64,000 bases of DNA, from NCBI GenBank assembly GCA_963771355.1, contig CAVYTA010000006.1, positions 960,001 through 1,024,000 of the forward strand, given 5' to 3'. The position numbers and the translations under genes are program-made. Positions 38,964 to 50,655 of this stretch are shown here, in pieces. A model generated the notes under the pieces. That model did not search any database, was not told the origin of the DNA, and worked only from the letters and a program-made list of their open reading frames with translations. Source of the DNA: an uncultured Candidatus Rokubacteria bacterium. GTDB taxonomy: Bacteria > Methylomirabilota > Methylomirabilia > Rokubacteriales > CSP1-6. Position 1 is the first letter of the stretch. The number at the start of each line of letters is the position of its first letter.

Positions 38964-40330
38964 GGCGCGCGTCCCTCCTGTGCGGGCGGCCCGGCCGACG
39001 CGGGACGATGCGCCCCGCGGGCCGCGAGCTCGCCGCGAAGGCTGTGGGGCAAAGCCTCGGTGATGCGAACGCTGACGACTTCGCCAAGGAGATTCTCGCC
39101 GCCGGAGTCGAAGTTCACCACGCGGTTGCAGCGCGTGCGGCCGCTAGCCTGCCGCGCGTCCTTCCGGGAGGCTCCGTCCACCAGCACCTCCAGCCGGCGG
39201 CCCTCGAGGCGGCGGCTTCGCTCGGCGCCCACTCGGGTCGCCACCGCCAGCACGCGGCTGTTGCGGTCCGCCTTCACCGGCTCGGGCACCTGATCCGCCA
39301 TCTCCGCCGCCGGCGTGCCGGGGCGGCGCGAGTAGCGAAAGGCGAAGACGTTGTCGTAGCCGACCGCCTCCACCGCGGCAAGCGTCTGCTCGAAGTCCTC
39401 CTCCGTCTCGCCGGGGAAGCCGACGATGAGGTCGGTGGACAGCGCGAGGTCCCCCACCGTTTCCCGGAGTTCCGCGATCAGCTCGAGGTAGCGGGCGCGG
39501 GTGTAGCCGCGGTTCATCCGCGCGAGGATGCGGTCGGAGCCGGATTGCAGCGGCAGGTGGAGGTACTCCACCACCTTCGGCACGTCCCGGATGGCCCGGA
39601 TCAGCCGCGGGGTGAGATTGTACGGATTCGAGGTGGTGAAGCGGATGCGCTCGATCCCATCGATACGGTCCACGCGCTCCAGCAGCGCCGCCAGATCGCT
39701 GGGAGGATCGAGGTCGCGCCCATAGGCGTTGACAGTCTGGCCGAGAAGGGTGACCTCGCGACAGCCCTGGGCCACCAGGCCGCGAATCTCCGTCTCGATG
39801 GCTTCGGGCGGATGGCTGCGCTCGCGCCCCCGCGTGGTGGGAACGACGCAGAACGTGCAGTGCTTCTCACAGCCCTCCATCACGGTGACGAAGGCCTTGA
39901 GCCGCATCGCCCCATCCGGGCGGGCGGTGATCTTGACCAGCGGGCCCTCGCGCGTCTCGAGCACGGGCCGGCGCTCCGTCCGCGCGCGCGCCACCAGCTC
40001 GACGACGCGGGCGATGGCGGGAGAGCCGAAGACGAGGTCCACATGAGGCGCGCGCTGCTGGATCCGTCCCTGCTGCAGCTGCGCCATGCACCCCATCACG
40101 CCGATGAGGAGCCCGGGCCGCTCGGCCTTGAGCCGCTTGAGCGTGCCGAGCTGCGAGTACACCTTCTCCTCCGCCTTCTCCCGGATGGCGCAGGTGTTGA
40201 CGAGGATGAGGTCCGCCTCGTCGGGCGAGTCGGTGAGCTCGTAGCGCTCGTTCACGAGGAGTCCCGCCACGCGTTCGGAGTCGTACTCGTTCATCTGACA
40301 GCCGTAGGTGACGAGGTGGAGTTTGGGCAT
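38948..40330 (-). CDS. miaB: tRNA methylthiotransferase MiaB
   Basis: TYGCQMNEYDSE, CEKHCTFC, C-terminal TRAM domain. Confidence 0.95.
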   Translation of the reverse strand: MPKLHLVTYGCQMNEYDSERVAGLLVNERYELTDSPDEADLILVNTCAIREKAEEKVYSQLGTLKRLKAERPGLLIGVMGCMAQLQQGRIQQRAPHVDLVFGSPAIARVVELVARARTERRPVLETREGPLVKITARPDGAMRLKAFVTVMEGCEKHCTFCVVPTTRGRERSHPPEAIETEIRGLVAQGCREVTLLGQTVNAYGRDLDPPSDLAALLERVDRIDGIERIRFTTSNPYNLTPRLIRAIRDVPKVVEYLHLPLQSGSDRILARMNRGYTRARYLELIAELRETVGDLALSTDLIVGFPGETEEDFEQTLAAVEAVGYDNVFAFRYSRRPGTPAAEMADQVPEPVKADRNSRVLAVATRVGAERSRRLEGRRLEVLVDGASRKDARQASGRTRCNRVVNFDSGGENLLGEVVSVRITEALPHSLRGELAARGAHRPASAGPPAQEGRAPCTSR

Positions 40331-40345
40331 AAATTCCTGGCAGTT

Positions 40346-40374
40346 ACGTTAACACCCTGCCTCGGGGGAGTCAA
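40346..40374 (-). promoter_or_regulatory. Sigma70-type promoter for miaB
   Basis: TTGACT-17bp-(TG)nTAACGT. Confidence 0.6.
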
Positions 40375-40395
40375 ACCAGCGCGCGGCGAGCGCGC

Positions 40396-41349
40396 TCACA
40401 CAGTCTCCTCGAACACCCCGATGCGGCGAAACTTCTCGTAACGGTCCTGCACGAGGGCGTCGCCGGACAGCGAGCGCAGCTGGCCCAGATGCTCGTGCAA
40501 CGCGGTCCGGAGATTGGCGGCGGCATCCTCCCAGCTCCGGTGCGCACCGCCCATCGGCTCCGGGATCACGGCATCGATGACCCCGGCCTTCTGCAGATCC
40601 GGAGCGGTGATGCGCATGAGCTGGGCCGCCTCGGGCGCCTTGGCGCCGTCGCCCCAGAGGATGGCCGCGCAGCCCTCCGGCGAGATCACCGAGTAGATGG
40701 CGTGCTCGAACATGAGGACGCGATTGGCCACCCCGATGGCGAGCGCGCCCCCGCTGCCACCCTCCCCCGTCACCACCGCGATGACGGGCGTGCGGAGGGC
40801 CGCCATCTCGCGGAGGTTCCGCGCAATCGCCTCCGCCTGTCCCCGCTCCTCCGCACCCAGGCCGGGATAGGCGCCCGGCGTATCGATGAAAGTGACGATG
40901 GGCTTGCTGAACTTGTCGGCCAGCTGCATGAGCCGGAGCGCCTTGCGATAGCCCTCCGGGTTCGGCATGCCGAAGTTGCGCGCGATGTTCTCACGGGTGT
41001 CGCGGCCCTTCTGATGCCCGAGCACCACTAGCGGCTCCCCCTCGAAGAAGGCGAGGCCGCCCACGATGGCGAGGTCGTCGCCGAAGACGCGGTCACCGTG
41101 AAGCTCGACGAAGTCGTCGAGGAGCAGCTTGTAAAAGTCCAGCGTGTGGGGCCGCTTCGGGTGGCGGGCGATCTGCGCCCGTTGCCACGCGCTCAGGCTC
41201 CCGTAGACACGTTGCTGGAGGCGGCGCAGCCGCTCCTCCAGCTTGGTGGCCTCGTCTCGGGTGGCCGCCTCGTTCTCGGACGCGCGCAGCTCCGCGATGC
41301 GCGTTTCCAGTTCAAGGATCGGCTTCTCGAACTCAAGCTCGTCTGGCAT
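40396..41349 (-). CDS. accA: Acetyl-CoA carboxylase carboxyltransferase alpha
   Basis: [28 protein letters not shown]. Confidence 0.96.
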   Translation of the reverse strand: MPDELEFEKPILELETRIAELRASENEAATRDEATKLEERLRRLQQRVYGSLSAWQRAQIARHPKRPHTLDFYKLLLDDFVELHGDRVFGDDLAIVGGLAFFEGEPLVVLGHQKGRDTRENIARNFGMPNPEGYRKALRLMQLADKFSKPIVTFIDTPGAYPGLGAEERGQAEAIARNLREMAALRTPVIAVVTGEGGSGGALAIGVANRVLMFEHAIYSVISPEGCAAILWGDGAKAPEAAQLMRITAPDLQKAGVIDAVIPEPMGGAHRSWEDAAANLRTALHEHLGQLRSLSGDALVQDRYEKFRRIGVFEETV

Positions 41350-44300
41350 ACTCCACGATGATACTGCCCGGCCCGAGCAGCTGCTCCACTTTCGCCACCA
41401 GCTCCGGCACCGGCTCCACGCCCAGCGTCGGCGCCTTCAGCACCACTTCCTGCTCGGCGAGCAGCACGTGGAGGAACAGCGGCGTGGGGCCGCGATGCGC
41501 CTCGCAGATCGCCCGCACCGCGTCGAGCAGCGCCTCACCGGCGCCCGCAGTCCCGCCGTCACCCTTCACGCGGATCCGACAGGTGTGCGCGTGCCGGCCG
41601 TTCCCGCCCTCGCCTCCAGTGCCTCCCGTGCCGTTCGGCCGGTATCCGCCCTCGGTCCTCAGCGCGTCCTCCAGTGGCTTGATGTCCTCGACGAGGACCA
41701 CGCGGCCCTTGTCCGTCTCGTCGATGCGGCCCTTCACGATGACCGGTCCGGGCGCGTGCAGCGCGGGCGCGCAGGCCTTGAGGGCTTCGGGGAAAATGGT
41801 CAGCGATACCGATCCGTCCACCGCGTCGAGCGCGGCGAACGCCATGCGATTGCCGCTCTTGGTGGCGCGCTCGCGCACCTGGCTCAGCTGGCCGAGCAGC
41901 GCCACGCGCGCCCCCACCGGCCGGGAGGCCACGTCGGCGGCGGCGGCGGTGCCGAGCGCGCGCGCGTGGTCGCGATAGCGCTCGAGGGGGTGACCGGAGA
42001 TGTAGAAGCCGAGCACTTCCTTCTCGTAGGTGAGGAGCTGCTCCGCGGGCCATTCGGGGACGGCCGTCGGCGACGACACCGCGGACGCCTCTCCGGCCCC
42101 CGGGGAGCTCGACCCGCCCAGGGCGTCGAAGAGCGACGTCTGGCCCTCCTCCCGGTCACGCTGGCGGCGCTGGCCGGCCTCCATGGCCTGGTCGAGCGAG
42201 GCCAGGAGCCCCGCGCGGGTGCCGCCGAAGCCATCGAAGGCGCCCGCCTTGATGAGGCTCTCCAGCACGCGGCGGTTGAGGAGGCGCAGGTCCACTCGCG
42301 CGCAGAAGTCCGTGAGCGAGCCGAAGGCACCGGTCTCCTGCCGGAGGCGCACAATGGAGTCGATGGCCGACTCGCCCACGTTCTTGATGGCGGCCAGCCC
42401 GAAGCGCAGCACCTCGCCCTCCACCGTGAAGCGCGAGCCCGAGCGGTTGACGTCGGGCGGGGCGATCGCGAGCCCCATCGCCCGGCTCTCCTCCATGTAC
42501 TGGACGATCTTGTCCGTCCGGTCCATTTCCGACGTGAGCAGCGCGGCCATGAACTCCACCGGATAATTTGCCTTGAGGTACGCGGTCTGGTACGCGACCA
42601 CGCCGTAGCACGCGGCGTGGGAGTTGTGGACGGCGATCCCGTTGGCGAGGAAGCTCCGGCCTACCGGCACCTCGAAGTCGTAGGTCGGCTCCTCGCCTTC
42701 GCGCACGTAGCCCCGCGGCCGGGACCAGCCCGTCGGCGCATTGGCGAGCGCGTCGAGCGTGGGCGAATCAAGCCGCCGGGCGAGGTGGCTCAGCGTGTCC
42801 CGGCGAATGCCCCCTTTCCTTTCATCCTCAAACATGAGCCGGTAGGCGATACCGAGCGCCCGACAGCCGGCCTTGAGGCTCGGAAATGATTTCGCTATCG
42901 CTTCGCGTAGCGCGACCCGACACACCGCGAGCGGGACGACATCCACCGTGCCGCGCGCCAGCAGCGGCGCGAGGCCGGCATACCGGCCCAGGAGTGTTTC
43001 GAGTTGACCGCGTTTGGCGGGTAGCAGATGCGGGCCCACCAGCTCGGCGAAACGGACGAACGCGGAACGCCCTCCGATCAGATTGATCGTGTAGCCCGCG
43101 CGATGCTCCCCCCGGTAGCGGAAGGACTTCCGGTGGACGGTCGACGATATTCCGAGCTTGAGCAGCAGCCGCCGAACATCCTCGGCCAGCCCGATGGAAG
43201 AGGTCGCGTAGTAGATCGAGAGAGTCGGGGCGTGAATGCAGCCGTCGCCCTGGAAGAGCGCGGCCACCAGAATCGCCAGTGCTTCTCCATCCCAGCGGTC
43301 GACCAGAAGAGGGACGCGCTTCTCGAGGGCCCCCTTGTGTTGTAGACCGCACTCCCCGAACAAGAAGCTGACCGCCTCGCTCGGGACGTCGCGGTCGAGG
43401 CGGGCGGGCCGGACCGACCCTGCTCGCCCATCCTTCCGCCGTTCAAGGCGGGCGATGGTGTTCGGAAACGCCGACACCGATCGGGCCATACCCTCGAGCT
43501 CTTCGGAGCTGTTCGAATACAGATAGAAGTGACTGTCGTATCCGAGGCTCCCCTCTGACAGGGCATAGCCCAGCAGGGCGGCCTTGTGGGCCGGAACCGC
43601 CTCGGGGCCCGCGGGAAGGGAGCGGGCCACCGCCACGTGATCACCCGCGGCAAGCTCCTCGGCGTTCACCCAGCCACGCTGGGTGAAAATCGGGTGATCG
43701 GGGGTGCAACGCACGGACATCCCGTTGGCGAGGGTGAGCCGGCCCACCGGGCGCACGCCGCTCGGCCGCACGCCGAGCGCACGGAACGGGCCGTCTTTCG
43801 TGAGCACCCGATCGCCGGCGCGCACCTCGGTGATCGGCTTCCGGGCGCCGTCCGCCAACTCGATCCAGGTGTCCGCGGTGAGACATTTGTTGAAGCCGTA
43901 GCCCGCGAACTTCTCGATGAGATCCCAGATGCGCTCGGCCTTCCGGCCCTCCACGTTGTTCGCCTTGCAGCCCTTGATGAACTGCTCACGCTGCTGCGCC
44001 ATGAGCTCGCGGTCTTTCTTCCCCATGGCCTTGCGCAGGGTGTCGGCCTGGCCGAGCGTGAAGCCGGCGAGGTCGGCGGCGAGCCGCATCACCTGCTCCT
44101 GGTACACCATGATCCCGTACGTCTCCTGCAGGTGCCGCTCCATGGCGGGATGCTCGTAGGCGATCTCCGAGCGCCCATGCCGACGATTGACGAACTCCGG
44201 GATGAGGTCCATCGGGCCGGGGCGATACAGCGCCACCATGGCGATGATGTCCTCGATGCGCTCGGGGCGCAGCCGCTGGAGTGCGTCCCGCATGCCCTGC

Positions 44301-46165
44301 GACTCCAGCTGGAAGACGCCCAGGGTGCGCGCGTCGCTCAGGAGCTGATAGGTCCTCGCGTCGTCGAGCGGCAGCCGGTCCGCGTCCAGCGTGACGCCCC
44401 GCGAGGCCTGCACCAGGGCGACCGCATCCACGATGACGGTGAGGGTCCGCAGCCCGAGGAAGTCCATCTTGAGCAGGCCGAGCTTCTCGATGGGCCCCAT
44501 CGCGAAGCCGGTGATCAGCTCGGGGCGCTTGGGGTCCTTGTAGAGCGGCACCCGCTCCATGAGCGGCTCATCCGAGATGACCACCGCGGAGGCGTGCACG
44601 GAGGCGTGCCGGGTGCAGCCTTCCAGCGCCTTGGCCACACTCCAGAGCTCGGCCACCTTGGGGTCGCGCTTGACCGACTGCGCGAGCTCGGGGGCCTTCT
44701 CCAGCGACTCGTCCAGGCTGATATTGAGCGGGAAGCTCGGCACCAGCTTGGCGATGCGGTCGGCCTCGCCGTAAGAAAAACCGAGTACCCGGCCCACGTC
44801 GCGGATCACCGCCTTGGCCCCCATGGTGCCGAAGGTGATGATGTGGGCCACCCGGTCCTCGCCGTAACGGTCGACCACGTAGCGGATGACCTCGTCGCGG
44901 CGGTCATCGGCGAAGTCGATGTCCATGTCCGGCATGGAGATCCGCTCGGGGTTCAAGAATCGCTCGAAGAGGAGCCCGTAGCGAATGGGATCCACGTTGG
45001 TGATGCCGAGGCAGTAGGCGACCAGCGAGCCCGCCGAGGAGCCGCGCCCGGGCCCCACCGCGATGCCCTGGCGGCGGGCGAAGGCGATGAAGTCCCACAC
45101 CACGAGGAAGTAGCCGGAGAACCCCATGGTGGAGATGACGCCCAGCTCGTAGTGGAGCCGCGCCTGCACCGCGTCGGCGGGAGACGTGCCGAAGCGGACA
45201 CGAAGGCCCTCCAGCGCCAGGTGCTCGAGGTAGGAGTCCAGCGTGAAGCCGGGGGGCACCTGGTAATTCGGCAGGTGGAACTTGCCGAAGGACATGTCCA
45301 GGTTGCAGCGCTCCGCCACCGCCAGCGTATTCCGGCAGGCGTCCGGCAGCTCACGGAACACCTCCCGCATCTCGTCCGCCGACTTGAGGTAGAACTCGTC
45401 GGTGGAAAATTTCCAGCGATTGGGGTCGCTCATCGTGGTGCCGGTCTGGATGCAGAGGAGCGCCTCGTGCGCACGGGCATGCCCGGCCTCGAGGTAGTGG
45501 GAGTCGTTGGTGCCGCAGATGGGGGCGCCCAGGGCCTCGGCCAGGCGCAGCGTGCCCGCCGTCACCCGGCTCTGTTCCTCGATCCCGTGAGACTGGAGCT
45601 CCATGAAGTAGTGGTCGCGTCCGAACACGTCCTGGTACCAGCCCGCCACCTGCTTGGCCTTGGCGTCTTCCCCCGCGGAGAGAAGCTTGCTCACCTCCGA
45701 ATTCAGGCAGCCCGAGAGCACGAGCAGGCCGTCGGCGTGCTGGGCGAGGAGCTCGCGGTCCACGCGGGGCTTGTAGTAGAAGCCCTCGAGGTAGGCCTTG
45801 GACACGAGCTTGATCAGGTTGCGGTACCCGGTCTCATTGCGCACCAGCACCGTGGCATGGCTGGCGCCCTCGTAGCCGCCGTCCTGGCTGGAGCGCTCGA
45901 ACCGGCTGCCCGGCGCCACGTACAGCTCGCAGCCCACGATGGGCTTGATGCCCGCCTTCTTGGCGGCGCTGTAGAAGTCCACCGCGCCGAAGAGATTGCC
46001 GTGGTCGGTGAGCGCGATGGCGGGAAACGCGAGATCCTTGGCCTTCTGCACCAGCCCGTCGAGCTGAGCGGCGCCGTCGAGCAGGCTGTACTCGGAGTGG
46101 ACGTGGAGGTGGACGAAGTCCCCCCGTTGAGCGGACTTACCCGCCTCGCTCCGCTCGGCACCCAT
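41333..46165 (-). CDS. dnaE: DNA polymerase III alpha (intein-containing precursor)
   Basis: [40 protein letters not shown]. Confidence 0.96.
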   Translation of the reverse strand: MGAERSEAGKSAQRGDFVHLHVHSEYSLLDGAAQLDGLVQKAKDLAFPAIALTDHGNLFGAVDFYSAAKKAGIKPIVGCELYVAPGSRFERSSQDGGYEGASHATVLVRNETGYRNLIKLVSKAYLEGFYYKPRVDRELLAQHADGLLVLSGCLNSEVSKLLSAGEDAKAKQVAGWYQDVFGRDHYFMELQSHGIEEQSRVTAGTLRLAEALGAPICGTNDSHYLEAGHARAHEALLCIQTGTTMSDPNRWKFSTDEFYLKSADEMREVFRELPDACRNTLAVAERCNLDMSFGKFHLPNYQVPPGFTLDSYLEHLALEGLRVRFGTSPADAVQARLHYELGVISTMGFSGYFLVVWDFIAFARRQGIAVGPGRGSSAGSLVAYCLGITNVDPIRYGLLFERFLNPERISMPDMDIDFADDRRDEVIRYVVDRYGEDRVAHIITFGTMGAKAVIRDVGRVLGFSYGEADRIAKLVPSFPLNISLDESLEKAPELAQSVKRDPKVAELWSVAKALEGCTRHASVHASAVVISDEPLMERVPLYKDPKRPELITGFAMGPIEKLGLLKMDFLGLRTLTVIVDAVALVQASRGVTLDADRLPLDDARTYQLLSDARTLGVFQLESQGMRDALQRLRPERIEDIIAMVALYRPGPMDLIPEFVNRRHGRSEIAYEHPAMERHLQETYGIMVYQEQVMRLAADLAGFTLGQADTLRKAMGKKDRELMAQQREQFIKGCKANNVEGRKAERIWDLIEKFAGYGFNKCLTADTWIELADGARKPITEVRAGDRVLTKDGPFRALGVRPSGVRPVGRLTLANGMSVRCTPDHPIFTQRGWVNAEELAAGDHVAVARSLPAGPEAVPAHKAALLGYALSEGSLGYDSHFYLYSNSSEELEGMARSVSAFPNTIARLERRKDGRAGSVRPARLDRDVPSEAVSFLFGECGLQHKGALEKRVPLLVDRWDGEALAILVAALFQGDGCIHAPTLSIYYATSSIGLAEDVRRLLLKLGISSTVHRKSFRYRGEHRAGYTINLIGGRSAFVRFAELVGPHLLPAKRGQLETLLGRYAGLAPLLARGTVDVVPLAVCRVALREAIAKSFPSLKAGCRALGIAYRLMFEDERKGGIRRDTLSHLARRLDSPTLDALANAPTGWSRPRGYVREGEEPTYDFEVPVGRSFLANGIAVHNSHAACYGVVAYQTAYLKANYPVEFMAALLTSEMDRTDKIVQYMEESRAMGLAIAPPDVNRSGSRFTVEGEVLRFGLAAIKNVGESAIDSIVRLRQETGAFGSLTDFCARVDLRLLNRRVLESLIKAGAFDGFGGTRAGLLASLDQAMEAGQRRQRDREEGQTSLFDALGGSSSPGAGEASAVSSPTAVPEWPAEQLLTYEKEVLGFYISGHPLERYRDHARALGTAAAADVASRPVGARVALLGQLSQVRERATKSGNRMAFAALDAVDGSVSLTIFPEALKACAPALHAPGPVIVKGRIDETDKGRVVLVEDIKPLEDALRTEGGYRPNGTGGTGGEGGNGRHAHTCRIRVKGDGGTAGAGEALLDAVRAICEAHRGPTPLFLHVLLAEQEVVLKAPTLGVEPVPELVAKVEQLLGPGSIIVEYARRA
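42623..43885 (-). mobile_element. 421-aa intein with LAGLIDADG homing endonuclease
   Basis: CLTADT start, TPDHP block [10 protein letters not shown] and LFQGDG motifs, YDFEV...VHN/S end. Confidence 0.95.
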
Positions 46166-46249
46166 TACTTGTCCGCTCGCCTCGCCTGCGGCTGCGGCTC
46201 GCCAATCGACGGGTCCGCTCGCCTCGCCTGCGGCTGCGGCTCGCCAATC
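46142..46249 (-). repeat. Dispersed repeat locus 2: exact 37-bp tandem repeat plus 18-bp module
   Basis: 46171-46207 = 46213-46249; core matches the 7811-7838 reverse complement at 27/28; 46142-46159 is the reverse complement of 7859-7876. Confidence 0.88.
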
Positions 46250-47790
46250 ATTCCCACTCGATCGTGCTCGGAGGCTTGGAGGAGATGTCGAAGACGACGC
46301 GGTTGACGCCCTGGACCTCGTTGATGATGCGGCTGCTGATTCGGCCGAGGAGATCGTACGGCAGGCGCGCCCAGTCCGCCGTCATCGCGTCCTGGCTGGT
46401 GACGGCGCGCAGCGCGATCACCTGGGCATAGGTCCGGAAGTCGCCCATCACGCCCACGGTGCGGACGGGCAGCAGCACCGCGAAGGCCTGCCACAGCGCG
46501 CGCTCCAGCCCCGCCGCGCGGACCTCGTCCTGAACGACGGCGTCCGCGCGCCGCAGGATGCCGAGCCGGTCCTCGGTCACCTCGCCCAGCACGCGGATGG
46601 CCAGGCCGGGCCCCGGGAAGGGCTGGCGCCAGACGATCTCATCGGGCAGGCCGATGAGCGTGCCCACCTCGCGGACCTCGTCCTTGAAGAGCTCACGCAG
46701 CGGCTCGAGCAGCTTGAAGCGCATGTCCTTCGGCAGCCCACCGACATTGTGATGGGTCTTGATGGTCGCGGAGGGTCCCTTGAAGGACACCGACTCGATC
46801 ACGTCCGGATACACGGTGCCCTGCGCGAGCCATGGGACATCGCCGAGCTTGCGCGACTCCTCGTCGAAGACCGCGATGAACTCGGCCCCGATGGCCTTGC
46901 GCTTGATCTCCGGGATCTGTGACCCCGGCCAAACGTTCGAGGAATCGCTTGGTTGCATCAACGTGGATCAGATTGATCTTGAACGTGTCCCGGAAGGTCT
47001 TGACCACCCCCTCCGCCTCGCCCCCCCGCAAGAGACCGTTGTCCACGAAGAGGCAGGTGAGCTGGTCGCCGATGGCCTTGTGGACGAGGGCGGCGACCAC
47101 TGACGAGTCCACCCCGCCCGACAGCCCGCACAGCACCCGGTCTGATCCCACCGCAGCCCGGATCTGGGCCACCGCCGTGTCCACGAAGGAGGCCATGGAC
47201 CAATCGCGGGTGACCCCGCAGACGGCGAGGAAGTTCGCCAGCACCGTACTGCCCTGCTGGGTATGGGCGACCTCAGGATGAAACTGGACGGCGTAGAGGC
47301 GCCGGTCCGGGTCGGCCATGGCCGCCACCGGGCAATTGGCCGTCGAGGCGAGACTGGTGAAGCCTTTCGGCGGCCGCAGGACGGTGTCCCCGTGGCTCAT
47401 CCACACCGTGATCCGGTTGTCGCGCTCGGGCTTCACACCCTCGAAGAGCCCGCCGGTGGTCTCGAGCCGGAGCTCCGCGGGTCCGTACTCGCGCCGCTCG
47501 GCCGGCACCACGTGCCCGCCGAGGAGATAGCCCATGGCCTGCATGCCGTAGCAGATGCCCAGGATGGGGATCCCCGACTCGAGGAGCTTCTTGTCGGGCA
47601 ACGGGGCGCCCTCGTCGTACACGCTGGAGGGTCCGCCGGAGAGCACGATACCGCGGTACCCCGCGGCGAGGACCTCATCGACGGGGTGGGTGCACGGGAG
47701 GATCTCGGAGTAGACCGACATTTCCCGGATCCGGCGCGCGATGAGCTGCGTGTACTGCGCGCCGAAATCCAGGATCGCGATCTTGTCCAG
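46248..47790 (-). CDS. guaA: GMP synthase; frameshift at ~46913, probable CTG start
   Basis: [27 protein letters not shown] in one frame; EIKRK...[10 protein letters not shown] in another. Confidence 0.9.
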
Positions 47791-47804
47791 CGCCGTCTCC
47801 CGAC

Positions 47805-48965
47805 CTAGCGCGGAGTGCCCAGCTTCTGGGCCCGCTGGAAGACCTTGCCCTCGGTTTTGATGGACGGCGCGATGATCAGCTCCGTCTGCTGCAGCTCCTT
47901 GATGTTCATGGCGCCCACCGAGCCCATGCACGTCCGGATGGCGCCCACGAGGTTCAGCGTGCCGTCCTCGGTGAAGGCCGGTCCGAAGAGAATCTGCTCC
48001 AGCGGGCCCGCCACCCCGACCCGGATGCGCGTCCCGCGCGGCAGGTTCGAGTGCGGCGTGGCCATGCCCCAGTGATAGCCCCGGCCCGGTGCCTCGGTGG
48101 CGCGCGCGAAAGCCGAGCCGATCATCACCGCGTCGGCGCCGGAGGCCAGTGCCTTGCAGATGTCGCCGCCGGTGGTCATGCCGCCGTCCGTGATGATGGG
48201 CACGTAGCGACCGGTGCGCTTGTAGTAGAAGTCGCGGGCCGCCGCCGAGTCCGCGGTGGCGGTGACCTGCGGGACCCCAAGGCCCAGCACCTCGCGGCTG
48301 GTGCAGGCCGCGCCCGGCCCCACGCCGATGAGGAGCGCGTCGGCACCGCAGTCCATCAGCTCCAGACAGGCCTCGTAGGTGACGACGTTGCCGATGATGA
48401 GCGGGATGGCGAGGTGCTTCTTGAGCTTCCGGAGGTCCACCGGCGTGTACTCGGTGGCGATGTGGCGGGCGGTGGTGACGGTGGACTGGACGACGAAGAA
48501 GTCCGCGCCCGCTTCTTCCGCGATCTTGGCGAAGCGCTCCGCGCGCGAGGGGATGGCCGAGACCACCACCGGCCCGCCGCCCTTCTTGATCTCCGAGATC
48601 CGTTTGTGGATCAGCTCTTCCTTGATCGGCTCGCCATAGATGCCCTGGATGATCTTGGTGGCCTCGTCCAGGCTGGCGGAGGTGATGCGGTCGATCACCT
48701 CATCCGGATTCTCGTAGCGGGAGAAGATCCCCTCGAGGTTGAGAACCGCGAGGCCGCCGAGCCGGCCCATCTCGATGGCGAGCCGGGGACTGACCACGCC
48801 GTCCATGGCGGCGGCGATGACCGGGATCTGGAAGCGATGCCCGACGAGATCCCACGAGATGTCCACTTCGGAGGGGTTGATGGTGAGGGATCCGGGGACC
48901 AGCGCGATGTCATCGAACCCGTACGCCGCCCGGGCCTTCCGGCCCCGTCCGACCCACATCCCCAT
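47805..48965 (-). CDS. guaB: GuaB3-type IMP dehydrogenase family (no CBS domains)
   Basis: AYGFDDIALVP, GVGPGAACTS, HWGMA. Confidence 0.88.
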   Translation of the reverse strand: MGMWVGRGRKARAAYGFDDIALVPGSLTINPSEVDISWDLVGHRFQIPVIAAAMDGVVSPRLAIEMGRLGGLAVLNLEGIFSRYENPDEVIDRITSASLDEATKIIQGIYGEPIKEELIHKRISEIKKGGGPVVVSAIPSRAERFAKIAEEAGADFFVVQSTVTTARHIATEYTPVDLRKLKKHLAIPLIIGNVVTYEACLELMDCGADALLIGVGPGAACTSREVLGLGVPQVTATADSAAARDFYYKRTGRYVPIITDGGMTTGGDICKALASGADAVMIGSAFARATEAPGRGYHWGMATPHSNLPRGTRIRVGVAGPLEQILFGPAFTEDGTLNLVGAIRTCMGSVGAMNIKELQQTELIIAPSIKTEGKVFQRAQKLGTPR

Positions 48966-49060
48966 GCTGTCGTCCCCCCTGGGCCGGCCGGCCGTGCGGA
49001 CCACCCGGACACCCGATATTTAGAGAGCTTCCGCCCGAGGCATACCGTATTTAGGGGTGG

Positions 49061-49089
49061 AGTATACGGGGGGCCCCACCGCCTGTCAA
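49061..49089 (-). promoter_or_regulatory. Sigma70 promoter for guaB-guaA
   Basis: TTGACA-17bp-TATACT. Confidence 0.75.
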
Positions 49090-49886
49090 TCCGATATCCG
49101 GCCGGGATCCGCTCCACCGCCCTTTTGCGAGTGCTCCCAGATCATGCGCAGCCCCTCCAGGCGCAGGTCCGGGTTCACCACCTGGATGGAGCGGGCCACC
49201 TCGCGCATCTGTGCGGCGAGCCCGCCGGTGCCGATGACCTTCACGTCGTCCCCGAGCTCGCGGCGCATGCGATCGATGAGCCCGTCGACGAGACCCGCGT
49301 AGCCGAGCACCACGCCAGACTGGATATTGGTGGCAGTGTTGCGCCCCACCGCGGTGGCGGGCGCCACCAGCTCCACGCGGGACAGGCGCGCCGCCCGCGC
49401 GACGAGGGCATCCGCCGCGGTGACCAGCCCCGGCGCGATGGCGCCGCCCGCGAAGGCCCCGCGCGCGTTCACGCAATCGAAGTTGGTGGCGGTGCCGAAG
49501 TCCACCACGATGAGGGGCGGCCCGTAGAGCGCGACGGCGGCGACCGCATTGCAGAGGCGGTCCGCCCCCACCTCGCGGGGATTGTCGACGTCGAAGGTGA
49601 TGGGGACGTTCACACCCGGCAACACCGAGAACGGCGTCACGCCGAAGTAGGTGTCGCACATCCACTCGAGCGTTCGCTGCACGGGGGGAACCACGTTGGA
49701 GATGGCCACTTCACTGATGGCCTTGGGCTCGATGCCGCGCGAGCGCAGCAGCGTGTGGATGAAGAGCCCGTACTCGTCGGCGGTTTGCTCGCGCCGGCTG
49801 GTGAGGCGCCACGAGGCGGCCAGCCGCGCGCCGTCGTGGACGCCGACCGAGGTATTGGTATTGCCGACCTCAAGCAGCAGGAGCAC
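49086..49886 (-). CDS. coaX: Type III pantothenate kinase
   Basis: LEVGNTN, VGADR, VDFGTAT, GGAIAPG. Confidence 0.92.
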   Translation of the reverse strand: MLLLLEVGNTNTSVGVHDGARLAASWRLTSRREQTADEYGLFIHTLLRSRGIEPKAISEVAISNVVPPVQRTLEWMCDTYFGVTPFSVLPGVNVPITFDVDNPREVGADRLCNAVAAVALYGPPLIVVDFGTATNFDCVNARGAFAGGAIAPGLVTAADALVARAARLSRVELVAPATAVGRNTATNIQSGVVLGYAGLVDGLIDRMRRELGDDVKVIGTGGLAAQMREVARSIQVVNPDLRLEGLRMIWEHSQKGGGADPGRISD

Positions 49887-50655
49887 CGGTGATCTCCCCG
49901 GCGGTGACGCGCAACCGGCTGCCGTCCTCCGCGCGCACGATGAGGGCGCCGGACTCGTCCACATCCTCCGCCACGCCCTCTCGCCCGTCCGGCGTTCGCA
50001 CGCGTGCTCCCAACGTCACGCTCCGGCGCCGCCACGCCGCGCGCAGGCCCACCCCGCCCCGCGCGCGGAGCTCGCGATAACCGGCGTCGAGCGCGCCGAG
50101 CAGCCGGTCCCTCACTCGCCCCGCGTCGTGGTGGCGCCCGGTGAGCATGCGTAGCGACACCGCGCGGTCCGCCAGCTCGGGGGGAAAGCTCGCCTGGTCT
50201 ACGTTGATGCCGATGCCCAGCACGACGCGGTCGAGCCGGCCCTCGGCAGTGGTGGCCGCTTCCGCGAGCACGCCGGCGAGCTTGCGCCCGTCCACCAGGA
50301 CGTCGTTGGGCCAGCGGATGCCCGGCGCCACGCCCTCCGCCTCCACGGCCACCGCCACCGCGAGGGCGCCCAGAAACGTCAGCGGGGGCGCCTCCGCCAC
50401 CGGAAGCGAAGGCCGCAGCAGGATCGAGACCAGGAGGCTGTCTCCCGCGCCGTCCCACCACACCCGCCCTCGCCGGCCGCGACCCGCGCGCTGGTGCCGC
50501 GCGGTCACGACCGTGCCCTCGGGCGCGCCGGCGGCGGCGAGCCGCGCGATCTCCGCCTGGGTGGAATCCACGTCGTCGAGCGCGTGGATGGTGTGGCCGA
50601 TGAGGCGCTCGTCCGACGTCCGGCCGTTCACCCTTTCCACACCGCGCGCGCTCAC
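49870..50655 (-). CDS. birA: Biotin protein ligase without HTH (start 50655 or 50631)
   Basis: DSTQ, Q.AGRGRRGRVW, RWPNDV, KLAGVL, GIGIN. Confidence 0.9.
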   Translation of the reverse strand: MSARGVERVNGRTSDERLIGHTIHALDDVDSTQAEIARLAAAGAPEGTVVTARHQRAGRGRRGRVWWDGAGDSLLVSILLRPSLPVAEAPPLTFLGALAVAVAVEAEGVAPGIRWPNDVLVDGRKLAGVLAEAATTAEGRLDRVVLGIGINVDQASFPPELADRAVSLRMLTGRHHDAGRVRDRLLGALDAGYRELRARGGVGLRAAWRRRSVTLGARVRTPDGREGVAEDVDESGALIVRAEDGSRLRVTAGEITGAPAA

